From Pristiophorus japonicus (Eukaryota): a DNA stretch of 64,000 nt. Positions 37,501 to 49,000 of the stretch are shown piece after piece (positions within the stretch are counted from its first letter, which is position 1; every line of letters starts with the position of its first letter). Location of the stretch: positions 305,536,001 through 305,600,000 of the forward strand of contig NC_091979.1 in NCBI RefSeq assembly GCF_044704955.1, in the 5' to 3' direction. The position numbers and the translations under genes were made by a program. A model generated the notes under the pieces. That model saw only the letters and a list, made by a program, of their open reading frames with translations, searched no databases and was not told the origin of the DNA.

Positions 37501-40121
37501 TGATCGCACAGACTTGTCACGTGATATTGAGGTCAATGACCCTGTGTTTGTACTCAATTATGGACATGGTCCCAAATGGCTTGCTGGCATGGTCATAGCC
37601 AAAGAAGGAAGTAGGGTGTTTCAGGTCAAATTGGCCACTGTTCTAATGTGCAGAAAGCATTTGGACCAAACCAAATTGTGGTTCACTAACAGCTAGGAGC
37701 AACCCAAAGAGGACACCACCAACTTCGACCCTCCAACACACACAATTGGCAACCGACATCATGGTTGACCACGATTGATCATAGTTGATCATGATTGACC
37801 ATGGTTGGCCAGAAAAAGCAGCAAACCTGAGGACTGGGAGAAATTTCGAATTCAGCAGAGGAGGCCAAAGGGTTTAATTAAGAGGGGGAAAATAGAGTAC
37901 GACAAGAAGCTTGCCGGGAACATAAAAACTGACTGTAAAAACTTCTACAGATATGTGAAGAGAAAAAGATTAGTGAAGACAAACGTAGGATTTAGGTGAA
38001 TTTATAATGGGGAACAAAGAAATGGCAGATTAATTGAACAAATACTTTGGTTCTGTCTTCACGAAGGAAGACACAAATAACCTTCCAGAAATACTAGGGG
38101 ACAGAGGGTCTAGTGAGAAGGAGGAACTGAAGGATATCCTTATTAGGCGGGAAATTGTGTTAGGGAAATTGATGGGGTTGAAGGCTGATAAATCCCTGGG
38201 GCCTGATAATCTGCATCCCAGACTACTTAAGGAAGTGGCCCTAGAAATAGTGGATGCATTGGTGATCATTTTCCAACAGTCGATCGACTCGAGATCAGTT
38301 CCTATGGACTGTCGGGTAGCTAATGTAACACCACTTTTTTAAAAGGGAGCGAGAGAGAAAGTGGGTAATTATAGACCGGTGAGCCTGACATCAGTGGTGA
38401 GAAAAATGTTGCAATCAGTTATTAAGGATGAAATAGCAGCGCATTTGGAAAGCAGTGACAGGATCAGTCCAAGTCAGCATGGATCTATGAAGGGGAAATC
38501 ATGCTTGACAAATCTTCTGGAATTTTTTGAGGATGTAACTAGTAGAGTGGACAAGGGAGAACCAGTGGATGTGGTGTATTTGGACTTTCAAAAGGCTTTT
38601 GACAAGGTCCCATACAAGAGATTGGTGTGCAAAATCAAAGCACATGGTATTGGGGGTAATATACTGACGTGGATATAGAACTGATTGGCAGACAGGAAGC
38701 AGAGAATCGGGATAAACGGGTCCTTTTCAGAATGGCAGGCAGTGACTAGTGGAGTGCTGCAGGGCTCAGTGCTGGGACCCCAGCTCTTTACAATATACAT
38801 AAATGATTTGGATGAAGGAATTGAGTGTAATATCTCCAAGTTTGCAGATGACACTAAACTGGGTGACGGTGTGAGCTGTGAAGGGGACACTAAGAGGCTG
38901 CAGGGTGACTTGGACAGGTTAGGTGAGTGGGCAAATGCATGGCTGATGCAGTACAATGTGGATAAATGTGAGGTTGTCCACTTTGGGGGCAAAAACGCGA
39001 AGACAGAATATTATCTGAATGGTGGCAGATTGGGAAAAGGGGAGGTACAACGAGACATGGGTGTCATGGTTCATCAGTCATTGAAAGTTGGCATACAGGT
39101 ACAGCAGGCAGTGAAGAAGGCAAATGGTATGTTGGCCTTCATAGCTAGGGGATTTGAGTATAGGAGCAGGGAGGTCTTACTGCAGTTGTTCAAGGCCTTG
39201 GTGAGGCCTCACCTGGAATATTGTGTTCAGCTTTGATCTCCTAATCTGAGGAAGGACGTTCTTGCTATTGAGGGAGTGCAGCGAAGGTTCACCAGACTGA
39301 TTCCCGGGATGGCTGGACTGGCATATGAGGAGAGACTGGATCAACTGGGCCTTTATACATTAGAGTTTAGAAGGATGAGAGGGGATCTCATAGAAACATA
39401 CAAGATTCTGACGGGACGGAACAGGTTAGATGCGGGTCGATTGTTCCCGACGTTGAGGAAGTCCAGAACCAGGGACACAGTCTTAGGATAAGGGGTAGGC
39501 CATTTAGTACTGAGATGACGAGACACTTCTTCACTCGGAGAGTTGTTAACTTATGGAATTCCCTGCCGCAGAAAGTCGTTGATGCCAGTTCATTGGATAT
39601 ATTCAAGAGGGAGTTAGATATGGCCCTTACGGCTAAGGGGATCAAGGGGTATGGAGAGAAAGCAGGAAAGGAGTACTGAGGGAATGATCAGCCATGATCT
39701 TGTCGAATGGTGGTGCAGGCTCGAAGGGCCGAATGGCCTACTCCTGCACCTATTTTTCTATGTTTCAATGTAAGCTGAACTCACCATCCCCAACAGCCCA
39801 GTGAACAACTGACAAACTCACCCACACCTGCATTTGTATTGAGATGATTGACAAGGTCGTGAAAAGCCCCAGATCGTCTCACCCTGTAAGTAAGTGTATT
39901 ATTGACTTTACGAGGGAGTGATGTTACGTATTTAATCCTTGGCAACCTGTATCACACCGCCACCAGAGGGCCTACCTGTTGGAGTCCCAAGGGATCCCAG
40001 CATCCCTTGGGAGCACTGTATATAAGCAGGCCTGTACCTGAGGACCTGAGGCATCTAATTAAAGGAACGAAGGTCACACTTACTCACTTACTCAGTTTCA
40101 TCCTTTATTATGAGCATAATA
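34575..40121 (+). mobile_element. Gypsy/Ty3 LTR retrotransposon, decayed; LTRs 34575-34787 and 39922-40121
   Basis: 5-bp TSD TTGCC; PBS TGGCGACGAG; PPT ACGAGGGAGTGA; gag with CCHC knuckles, protease LDTGA, RT FQDD, RNase H LACDAS, integrase SNGQAER in Gypsy order; many frameshifts. Confidence 0.96.
37805..39770 (+). mobile_element. CR1 LINE nested in the Gypsy 3' region
   Basis: YRPVSLTSVV, GKSCLTNLLEFF, KFADDTK motifs; CR1 tail; Gypsy sequence resumes after it. Confidence 0.95.
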
Positions 40122-41322
40122 TTGCCGGCATTAAAATACCTCCAGTGGGTAAATCTAGACCAGAGTGTTTTGAGGAGAATATCCAAAGCCTGCGATTCTG
40201 CATTTACCTTTATTGGAAAACAAGAATATTTCAGCGAGAGATATAGAGGCTGTGATGAGGAGCATAGCTCCCTAGTCGTTCTGGTTTGTGCCTGATGCAA
40301 ATCTAAGTCACAAGCACACAGGACATTGCAGTAAATGCATAAGACAGAGGAACATGAGCACCGGTTCCGGAACCTCGGTGATTAGTATCACCGTGTCGCA
40401 TGGACTTCCCCTTAAACCAGTGACGGGGTGCTGGAATTGGCATCCAGTGTTTAACCAGCTCAATCAGGCCAGTTTCTGAAAGATATTTCTCAAGTTGGCT
40501 AATTCAGGTGATGTGTGTAAGTCTGTAAAATTGAGAGCAATGTGCTGTTGATGCACAGTGAGAGATTTTGATGTAATTGTTTAAACACCAACAAGCACAT
40601 CGACAACCGTGCAACAAAATTTTGCAAGCTACTTTTTGCTTTAAATCCAGACAACTATGGTTTCATGAAAGTGAAAGACTGTTTACAGCACAGGGATCTC
40701 TCCCCAGTATTAGAGCACAGGGATCTCTCCCCAGCATTGCAGCACAGGAATCCCCCCCCACCGCCCCAGCATTACAGCACAGGGATCTCTCCCCAGTATT
40801 ACAGCACAGGGATCCCCCAGCATTACAGCACAGGGATCTCTCCCCAGCATGGCAGCACAGGGATCCCCCCCCCCCCCCAGCATTACAGCACAGGGATCTC
40901 TCCCCAGTATTACAGCACAGGGATCCCCCAGCATTACAGCACAGGGATCCCCCCTCCCCCCAGTATTACAGCACAGGGATCCCCCCCCCCCAGTATTACA
41001 GCACAGGGATCCCCCCCCCCCCAGTATTACAGCACAGGGATCTCTCCCCAGCATTGCAGCACAGGGATCCTCCCACCACCCCCCCCCCCCCCCCCCAGTA
41101 TTACAGCATAGGGATCTCGCCCCAGCATTACAGCACAGGGATCCCCCCAGAATTACAGCGCATGGATCTCCCCCCAGTATTACAGCACAGGGACCCTCCC
41201 CAGAATTACAGCACAGGGATCTCTCCCCAGGATTACAGCACCGGCATCATCCCCCCCCCCCCTCAATATTGCAGCACAGGGATCTCTCCAGTATTACAGT
41301 ACAGGGATCTCCCCAGTATTCC

Positions 41323-41782
41323 AGAAAGAAGAAGGAAGCATTTATATAGCGCCTTTCACGACCATTGGACGTCTCAAAGCACTTTACAACCAATGAAGTA
41401 CTTTTGGAGTGTAGTCACTGTTGTAATGTGGGAAACGTGGCAGCCAATTTGTGCTCAGCAACTCCCACAAACAGCAATATGATAATGACCAGATAATCTG
41501 TTTTTGTTATGTTGATTGATGGATAAATATTTTCCAGGACACTGGGGATAACTCCCCTGCTCTTCTTCAAAATCGTGCCATGGGATCTTTTACGTCCAAC
41601 CGAGAGAGAAGACGGGGCTTCGGTTTAACGTCTCATCCGAAAGACGGCACCTCTGACAGTGCAGCATTCCCGCAGCACTGCACTGGAGAGTTAGCTTAGA
41701 TTTATGTCCCTGGAGTGGGACTTGAACCCGCAACCTTCTGACTCCGAGGCGAGTGTGCTGCCCACTGTGCCACAGCTGATAC
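41323..41782 (-). mobile_element. Full-length Deu-domain tRNA-SINE
   Basis: Minus strand: tRNA head with GGTTCAAGTCCC B-box, Deu core GGATGAGACGTTAAACCGA...AAAGATCCCATGGCAC, tail GCTATATAAATGC. Confidence 0.9.
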
Positions 41783-42839
41783 TGGGATCTCCCCCAGTAT
41801 TACAGCACAGGGATCTCCCCCCAGTATTACAGCACAGGGATCTCCCCCAGTATTACAGCACAGGGATCTCCCCCCAGTATTACAGCACAGGGATCTCCCC
41901 CAGTATTACAGCACAATGATCTCCCCCCAGTATTACTGCAGAGGTATCCCCCAGAATTACAACAAAGGGTTCTCCCTCAGTATTACAGCACAGGGATCCC
42001 CCAGTATTACAGCACAGGGATCTCCCCCAGTATTACAGCACAATGATCTCCCCCCAGTATTACTGCAGAGGTATCCCCCAGAATTACAACAAAGGGTTCT
42101 CCCTCAGTATTACAGCACAGGGATCCCCCAGTATTACAGCACAGGGATCTCCCCCAGTATTACAGCACAGGGATCTCCCCCCAGTATTACAGCACAGGGA
42201 TCTCCCCCAGTATTACAGCACAATGATCTCCCCCCAGTATTACTGCAGAGGTATCCCCCAGAATTACAACAAAGGGTTCTCCCCCAGCATTACAGCACAG
42301 GGATCTCTCCCCAGTATTACAGCACAGGGATCCCCCAGCATTACAGCACAGGGATCTCTCCCCAGCATGGCAGCACAGGGATCCCCCCCCCCCCCCAGCA
42401 TTACAGCACAGGGATCTCTCCCCAGTATTACAGCACAGGGATCCCCCAGCATTACAGCACAGGATCCCCCCTCCCCCCAGTATTACAGCACAGGGATCCC
42501 CCCCCCCCCCAGTATTACAGCACAGGGATCCCCCCCCCCCCCCCCCAGTATTACAGCACAGGGATCTCTCCCCAGCATTACAGCACAGGGATCCTCCCAC
42601 CCCCCCCCCCCCCCAGTATTACAGCATAGGGATCTCGCCCCAGCATTACAGCACAGGGATCCCCCCAGAATTACAGCGCATGGATCTCCCCCCAGTATTA
42701 CAGCACAGGGACCCTCCCCAGAATTACAGCACAGGGATCTCTCCCCAGGATTACAGCACCGGCATCATCCCCCCCCCCCTCAATATTGCAGCACAGGGAT
42801 CTCTCCAGTATTACAGTACAGGGATCTCCCCAGTATTCC

Positions 42840-43299
42840 AGAAAGAAGAAGGAAGCATTTATATAGCGCCTTTCACGACCATTGGACGTCTCAAAGCACT
42901 TTGCAATCAATGAAGTACTTTTGGAGTGTAGTCACTGTTGTAATGTGGGAAACGTGGCAGCCAATTTGTGCTCAGCAACTCCCACAAACAGCAATATGAT
43001 AATGACCAGATAATCTGTTTTTGTTATGTTGATTGATGGATAAATATTTTCCAGGACACTGGGGATAACTCCCCTGCTCTTCTTCAAAATCGTGCCATGG
43101 GATCTTTTACGTCCAACCGAGAGAGAAGACGGGGCTTCGGTTTAACGTCTCATCCGAAAGACGGCACCTCTGACAGTGCAGCATTCCCGCAGCACTGCAC
43201 TGGAGAGTTAGCTTAGATTTATGTCCCTGGAGTGGGACTTGAACCCGCAACCTTCTGACTCCGAGGCGAGTGTGCTGCCCACTATGCCACAGCTGATAC
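42840..43299 (-). mobile_element. Duplicate copy of the same SINE
   Basis: Near-identical to 41323-41782 including flanks; offset ~1517 bp. Confidence 0.9.
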
Positions 43300-43552
43300 T
43301 GGGATCTCCCCCAGTATTACAGCACAGGGATCTCCCCCCAGTATTACAGCACAGGGATCTCCCCCAGTATTACAGCACAGGGATCTCCCCCCAGTATTAC
43401 AGCACAGGGATCTCCCCCAGTATTACAGCACAATGATCTCCCCCCAGTATTACTGCAGAGGTATCCCCCAGAATTACAACAAAGGGTTCTCCCTCAGTAT
43501 TACAGCACAGGGATCCCCCAGTATTACAACACAGGGACCTCCCCCGAGTATT

Positions 43553-44349
43553 ACATAAGAAATAGGAGCATGAGTAGGCCATTTGGCCCCTCGAGCCTGC
43601 TCAACCATTTAATACGATCATGACTGATCTGATCATAGACTCAGCTCCACTTTCCTACCCATTCCCCATAACCCTTCACTCTTTTATCGTTCAAAAATCT
43701 GTTTATCTCCACCTTAAATATATTGAATGACCCATCCTCCACAGCTCTCGAGTAGAGAATTCCACAAATTTATGACCCTCTGAGAGAAGAAATTTCTGCT
43801 CATCTCAGTTCTAAATGGGCGACCCCTTAATCAAACTCTGCCCCCTAGTTCTAGATTCCCCATGAGTGGAAACATCCTCTCTGCATCTAACCCGTCGCGC
43901 CTCCTCAGTATCTTATGATTCAATAAGATCATCTCTCATTCTTCTAAACTCCAATGAGTATAGGCCCAACCTTTCTTCATAAGTCAACCCCTTCATCCCA
44001 GGAATCAAACTAGTGAACCTTTTCTGAACTGCCTCAAATGCAAGTATATCCCCCCTCAAATACGGAGACCAAAACTGTACGCAGTACTCCAGGTGTGGCC
44101 TCACCAATACCCTGTACAGTTGTAGCAGGACTTCTCTGCTTTTATACTCTAACCTCCTTACAATAAGGGCCAACATTTCATTTGCCTTCCGGATTAATTG
44201 CTGTACCGCGTACTAACGTTTTGTGTTTCATGCACAAAGACCCCCAGGTCCCCCTGTACTGGCAGCATTTTGTAATCGCTCTCCATTTAAATAATAATTT
44301 GCTTTTTTATTTTTCCTGCCAAAGTGGATAACCTCACACTTTCCCACGT
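43553..44349 (-). mobile_element. CR1 3' fragment inserted in the minisatellite
   Basis: [22 protein letters not shown]; CR1 terminus. Confidence 0.92.
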
Positions 44350-44879
44350 TACAACACAGGGATCACTCCCCAGTATTACAACACAGGGATCACTCCCCAG
44401 TATTACAACACAGGGATCACTCCCCAGTATTACAACACAGGGATCTCTCCCCAGTATTACAACACAGGGATCTCTCCCCAGTATTACAACACAGGGATCT
44501 CTCCCCAGTATTACAGCACAGGGATCTCTCCCCACTATTACAGCACAGGGATCTCCCCACTATTACAGCACAGGGATCTCCCCACTATTACAGCACAGGG
44601 ATCTCCCCACTATTACAGCACAGGGATCTCCCCACTATTACAGCACAGGGATCTCCCCACTATTACAGCACAGGGATCTCCCCACTATTACAGCACAGGG
44701 ATCTCCCCACTATTACAGCACGGGGATCTCCCCACTATTACAGCACGGGGATCTCCCCACTATTACAGCACGGGGATCTCTCCCCACTATTACAGTATAT
44801 GTATCTCTCCCCAGTATTATAGCACAGGGATCTCCCCAGTATTGAACACAGGGATATCCCCAGTATTTCAGCACAATAA

Positions 44880-45160
44880 TTCAATGTCCCAAGTCACTTC
44901 AGGCAGTAGCTGCCTCTGGGGCAAAGGGGAAACATTAGGACAGATGACAAAGTTTGGAAAAGAAGTACATTTTTTGAAATGTTATAAAGGAGGAGACAGA
45001 GGTAGAGAGGTGTTGAGGTTTAGAAATAGAATTCCAGGGCTTGGGCTAAGATGGCTTATGGTATGGCTGCCAGCGGTAGGGCAAAGGAAGTGGGGGATAT
45101 ACAACAGGCCAGATTTGAACATTTTAAAAATTGGGGTTGCTTGTTCGGGAGCCAATTCTA
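44880..45160 (-). mobile_element. Degenerate L2-type 3' fragment
   Basis: Similar to 19232-19658. Confidence 0.55.
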
Positions 45161-45298
45161 GATCTACAACCTAACAGAACAATGGTTCTAGTTTTTACTC
45201 AACATGTCAACTAAGATGATGTACTGTTCGATATTGAGGAATGTCCTTGTTGAGTCAGGTTGAGTCGTTGGTGAAATATGTAGACAGCATTATTAAAT

Positions 45299-45510
45299 TG
45301 TTATATATGTGGACTTGTATTTACTCTGTACACCCACCAGAGGACTCTTCCCCTGGAGTCCCAAGGGATTCCATAATCCCTTGGGAGCACAGGTATTTAA
45401 GGAGGCTTCATAGGTTGGAGAGGCACTCTGGAGACCTGCAATAAAAGACTACGGTCACACTTGACTTTGAGCTCACAGTGTTCAGTCTGACTCTTTCTCC
45501 ATACACAACA
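45299..45510 (+). mobile_element. Solo LTR
   Basis: TGTT...AACA termini; perfect TSD TAAAT; AATAAA; related to the Gypsy LTR at 34575. Confidence 0.9.
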
Positions 45511-46164
45511 TAAATGGTATCAGCTAAGGGCATTACAATATATTGCTGCTTTATATGTGACTTAACTGTAGGCCACATTCTGTATCAGTTTTTTTTTTAA
45601 AGAATTCTCCTGATGGCATTTGTGAACTTGCAGATTTTTTAATAGTTTACATAACTTCCTGTGAAGCAGAATGGTCTGCACCTGTGATATAATGGTCTCC
45701 ATTTTGCTTGTCGACACAGTTTACATTGTTCCTGTCATTCCATATTTCTGACTGCCAATGTTCCTGCCATTTTTTTTCGTACGCAGTCCCTTTAAATTTG
45801 CTGTGCGATCTTCCCACAGCAGCAACTGGTGAGCAGCCTTCGCGGGACCTTGCAATTGATGCCCGACCGCACACCTCAGGGGTAACATTGCACACTGGAC
45901 TTATGTGAAAATGAATGCGGTTTTAAAAAATTAATTGTGTCTCCATAATTTCTAAGAATCCACAGTTTTTTACGTATTGGCAGCATTTTCAAAAATGTTG
46001 GCGTTTTATTTTAGTAGCTTCCAGTTTAAAAAGTGCAAGCAAGGTGGATTTAAAATGACTTAAAAATGCAGTGTGAAAAGGTCTTGCATTTCATTTACTA
46101 CTTGTCGATTTGCATTTGAATCCAACATTTTCAGTTTTTTTTTAAACTATACATACAAGCTGTG

Positions 46165-46645
46165 TCAGCTGTCGCTCAGTGGGTAGTACTGAGTCATAGA
46201 AACATAGAAAATAGGTGCAGGAGCAGGTCATTTGGCCCTTCGAGCCTGCACCACCATTCAATATGATTATGGCTGATCATGCAACTTCAGTACCCCACTC
46301 CTGACTTCTCTCCATACCTCCTGATCCCTTTAGCCGTAAGGGCCACATCTAACTTCCTTTTGAATATATCCAATGAACTGGTCAGAAGTCAGAAGACTCT
46401 GTCAGATAGATGTAGATAGTCCCATGGCACTATTCAAAGAAGAGCAGGGTGCCTTGGTAAATATTTATTCCTCAACCAAAATATTATCAGGTAATTTATT
46501 TCATTGCTGTTTATGGATGCTTGCTGTGTGCAAATTGGCTGCCGTTTTTCCTACATTGCAACAGTGACTGCACTTCATTGACTGTAAATCGCGTTGGGTT
46601 GTCCTGAGCTTGTGAAAGACGCTTATATAAATGGAAGTTCTTTCT
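46165..46645 (+). mobile_element. Internally deleted Deu-SINE containing an antisense CR1 3' fragment (46195-46381)
   Basis: SINE head GCTCAGTGGGTAG..GAGTCA, then the CR1 tail, then GTCAGAAG and the SINE body. Confidence 0.75.
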
Positions 46646-46782
46646 ACATTTAAAGTTGGATGCAGTTAAGCCCAACTTGCATTCAGTTGAAACATGTTAT
46701 TTCCCAATAGTTGGTGCAGGGGAAATCTAAAACGATCGTTGTTTCAGTTGAAAAGTTTGCCTAGCTTTGTGCTATCAATGGC

Positions 46783-47275
46783 CATCATCATAGGCAGTCC
46801 CTCGAATCGAGGATGACTTGCTTCCATGTCAAAAAGTTCACAGGTGTTTCAATGAAGGACCTAAAATTCCAGGTCCGAACTAAATCTTGAAGGGTGGAAG
46901 ATGCCTGTGCTTGGATTTTTTTAAAGTGTAGTGACTGTTGCACACCAGCCACCACACGGGCTTGACAGAGCTAGGTCTTGGTCCAGTAGCAACGATTAAC
47001 CAAGACGACTGGAGACCAGCTCTGCTGCACGGACCTAGTGCGTGCACACATCGCAGTGTGGGCTGGCCCGTGCTGCCCCTGGGCCCTCGCCTCCTCTGGG
47101 CCCTGAACTCACGCCTCTCCTGCACCACGATCATGTCCTTCTACAATTTCTCGCCGCTCCTTCGCCCCGATCTTGCCGCTCCTGCTGTATCTGCCCACGC
47201 TCCAATCACTGACCTGGACATTGGTGACGTCCCTTTTCATTGCCGTTGCTTTCCTGCTGCAGCACATGCTGCTCT
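46783..47275 (-). mobile_element. Second copy of the non-autonomous RTE-derived element
   Basis: (CAT)n tail plus AGGCAGTCCCTCGAATCGAGG; reverse-complement match to ~31410-31815. Confidence 0.85.
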
Positions 47276-47304
47276 CTCTACACTGCGCACTAGAATCAGT
47301 GAAT

Positions 47305-47835
47305 GATAGAATGGTTACAGCACAGAAGGAGGCCGTTCAGCCCATCAATCCTGCGCCGGCTCTGTGCAAGAGCACTTCAGCTAGCCCTCCGATCCTTTCG
47401 CGTAGCCCGCCAAATTTTTTTCCTTCAGGTACTTATCCGATTTCCTTTTGAAAGCCGTGATTGAGTCTGCCTTCTCCACCCTCTCAGGCCGTGCGTTCCA
47501 GATCCTAACCACTTGCTGTGTTAAAAAACTTTTCCTCATATCGCCTTTGGTTCTTCTGCCAATCACCTTAAATCTGTGTCCTCTGGTTCCCGACCCTTCA
47601 CCAATGGGAACAATTTCTCTCTAACTACTCTGCCCAGACCCCTGATGATCTTGAACACCTCTCTCAAATCTCCTCTCAACCATTTCTGCTGTGAGGAGAA
47701 CAATCCCAGCTTCTCCAGTCTATCCACGTAATGGAAGTCCCTCATCCCTCTCTAAGGCCTTCACATCCTTCCTAAAGTGCGGTGCCCAGAATTGGACACA
47801 CGACTCCGGTTGAGGACGAACCAGTGTTTTATAAA
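47305..47835 (-). mobile_element. CR1 3' fragment
   Basis: [24 protein letters not shown]; VVRIWNARP. Confidence 0.88.
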
Positions 47836-48446
47836 GTACTTTATAGAGGGAAGCCACGGTGGCTGCCTTTAAAACCAAGGTTGGTTATTTTTGAGAAAAA
47901 TATAATCAGGTTTAGACAGAAATCCTGTATTGAAAAAAAAAATGGTACCACAAAACCAGCTAAGTATAACTCTTACTAGTAGCTCCTCTCTGCCCACAGG
48001 TTAAATGTAATCTTGAGTTTCTTTTATGGGGAAACACTGCAGGAGATCTGTAACATGCTCTATCAGTGCTAAGTCTTTTTCTTTCCTTTCCCCATTCTAT
48101 TAAAATAATGATGTTATGATCAGAGTCCAGTACATGGCCTATGCATAAGGTGTGTATTCATAACTTGAATATTTATGTGAAAATTCAACATTCAACATCA
48201 ACCTGCTTTCACTTGCCTCAGTTCTCTTGCTGCAGTCACAGGGTAAGGTCCATACGTTCTTCCTGTCTGCTATTCAGTTTTATTTCACCCACTCCTAGTC
48301 CATATTTACTATTGCTGGCACACACAGGAACAGGATTAAAGAGAAGAGCGTCAGAAGGGGGCAAAGGTACTGTCGAAGTGAAAGACTTTAAGGAGATGTT
48401 TGGACAGAAATTCAGTTTTTGATGTGGTCTGACTAAACTAACCTTG

Positions 48447-49000
48447 ACAAAAGCAAAATACTGGGGATGCTGGAAATCTGAAATAAAAACAGAAAATATT
48501 CAGCAGGTCAGGCAGCATGTGTAGGGGTGGGGGGGGGGGAAACAGAGTTAATGTTTTAGGTCGATGACCTTTCGTAACTGGAAAATGTAACGGGTTTTAA
48601 GCAAGTGCAGAGCCAGGGAAAGGGGAGAGGTGGGGGCAGGAAAAGAACAAAGGGGAAAGGCATGTGATACAGTGGAGAGCAGGAGTCGAGTTACCAACCC
48701 TCCAGGATTGCCTGGCGTTTCCAGGAATTGAAGATTAATCTCCTGGACATTGCTGCGAGCATACCCAGGAGAAAAATTAAGAGCGTAAAAAATGTTTTTT
48801 CAATTTTCTTTGGACACTTTTTTGCTTATTAGCAGTAAAAATATTGGAGTTGGGAACAAAGGCAGATTGATAGGGCGGCACAGTTGGAGGCAGGAGGTCA
48901 TGTGATAAAACCTTTAGGAATTCGTCCAACCAGAGTTGGCGACTCTGAGCAGGAGTGATTAAATGACAAAAGTGGTGATGGTGAAAGGCAAAAGGAGGTG
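48447..49000 (-). mobile_element. Penelope-like element terminal remnant
   Basis: GATGCTGGAAATCTGAAATAAAAACAG...CAGCAGGTCAGGCAGCAT...GAAACAGAGTTAA..GGTCGATGACC motif recalled from shark Penelope ends; degenerate hammerhead core. Confidence 0.6.
48686..48947. mobile_element. hAT-like MITE nested in the Penelope remnant
   Basis: Imperfect TIRs GAGTTACCAACCCT / AGAGTTGGCGACTC; 8-bp TSD AGCAGGAG at 48678-48685 and 48948-48955. Confidence 0.8.

Larger units (their letters stand above)
40683..44875. repeat. ~23-27 bp minisatellite (CAGTATTACAGCACAGGGATCTCCCC)n with variant blocks, interrupted by two SINE copies and a CR1
   Basis: Tandem units read directly; the PSITAQGS/LQHRD ORFs are artefacts. 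Confidence 0.95.

Noticed and set aside
40577-44845. Repetitive ORFs (PSITAQGS/LQHRD) and a CRISPR-like appearance
   Set aside because: Unit length varies without keeping frame, there are no unique spacers and no cas genes, and the context is eukaryotic; this is a minisatellite
48222-48248. Possible 21-nt microexon (CAG|TTCTC...CAGG|GTAAGG)
   Set aside because: Splice-like motifs alone are common and there is no further support
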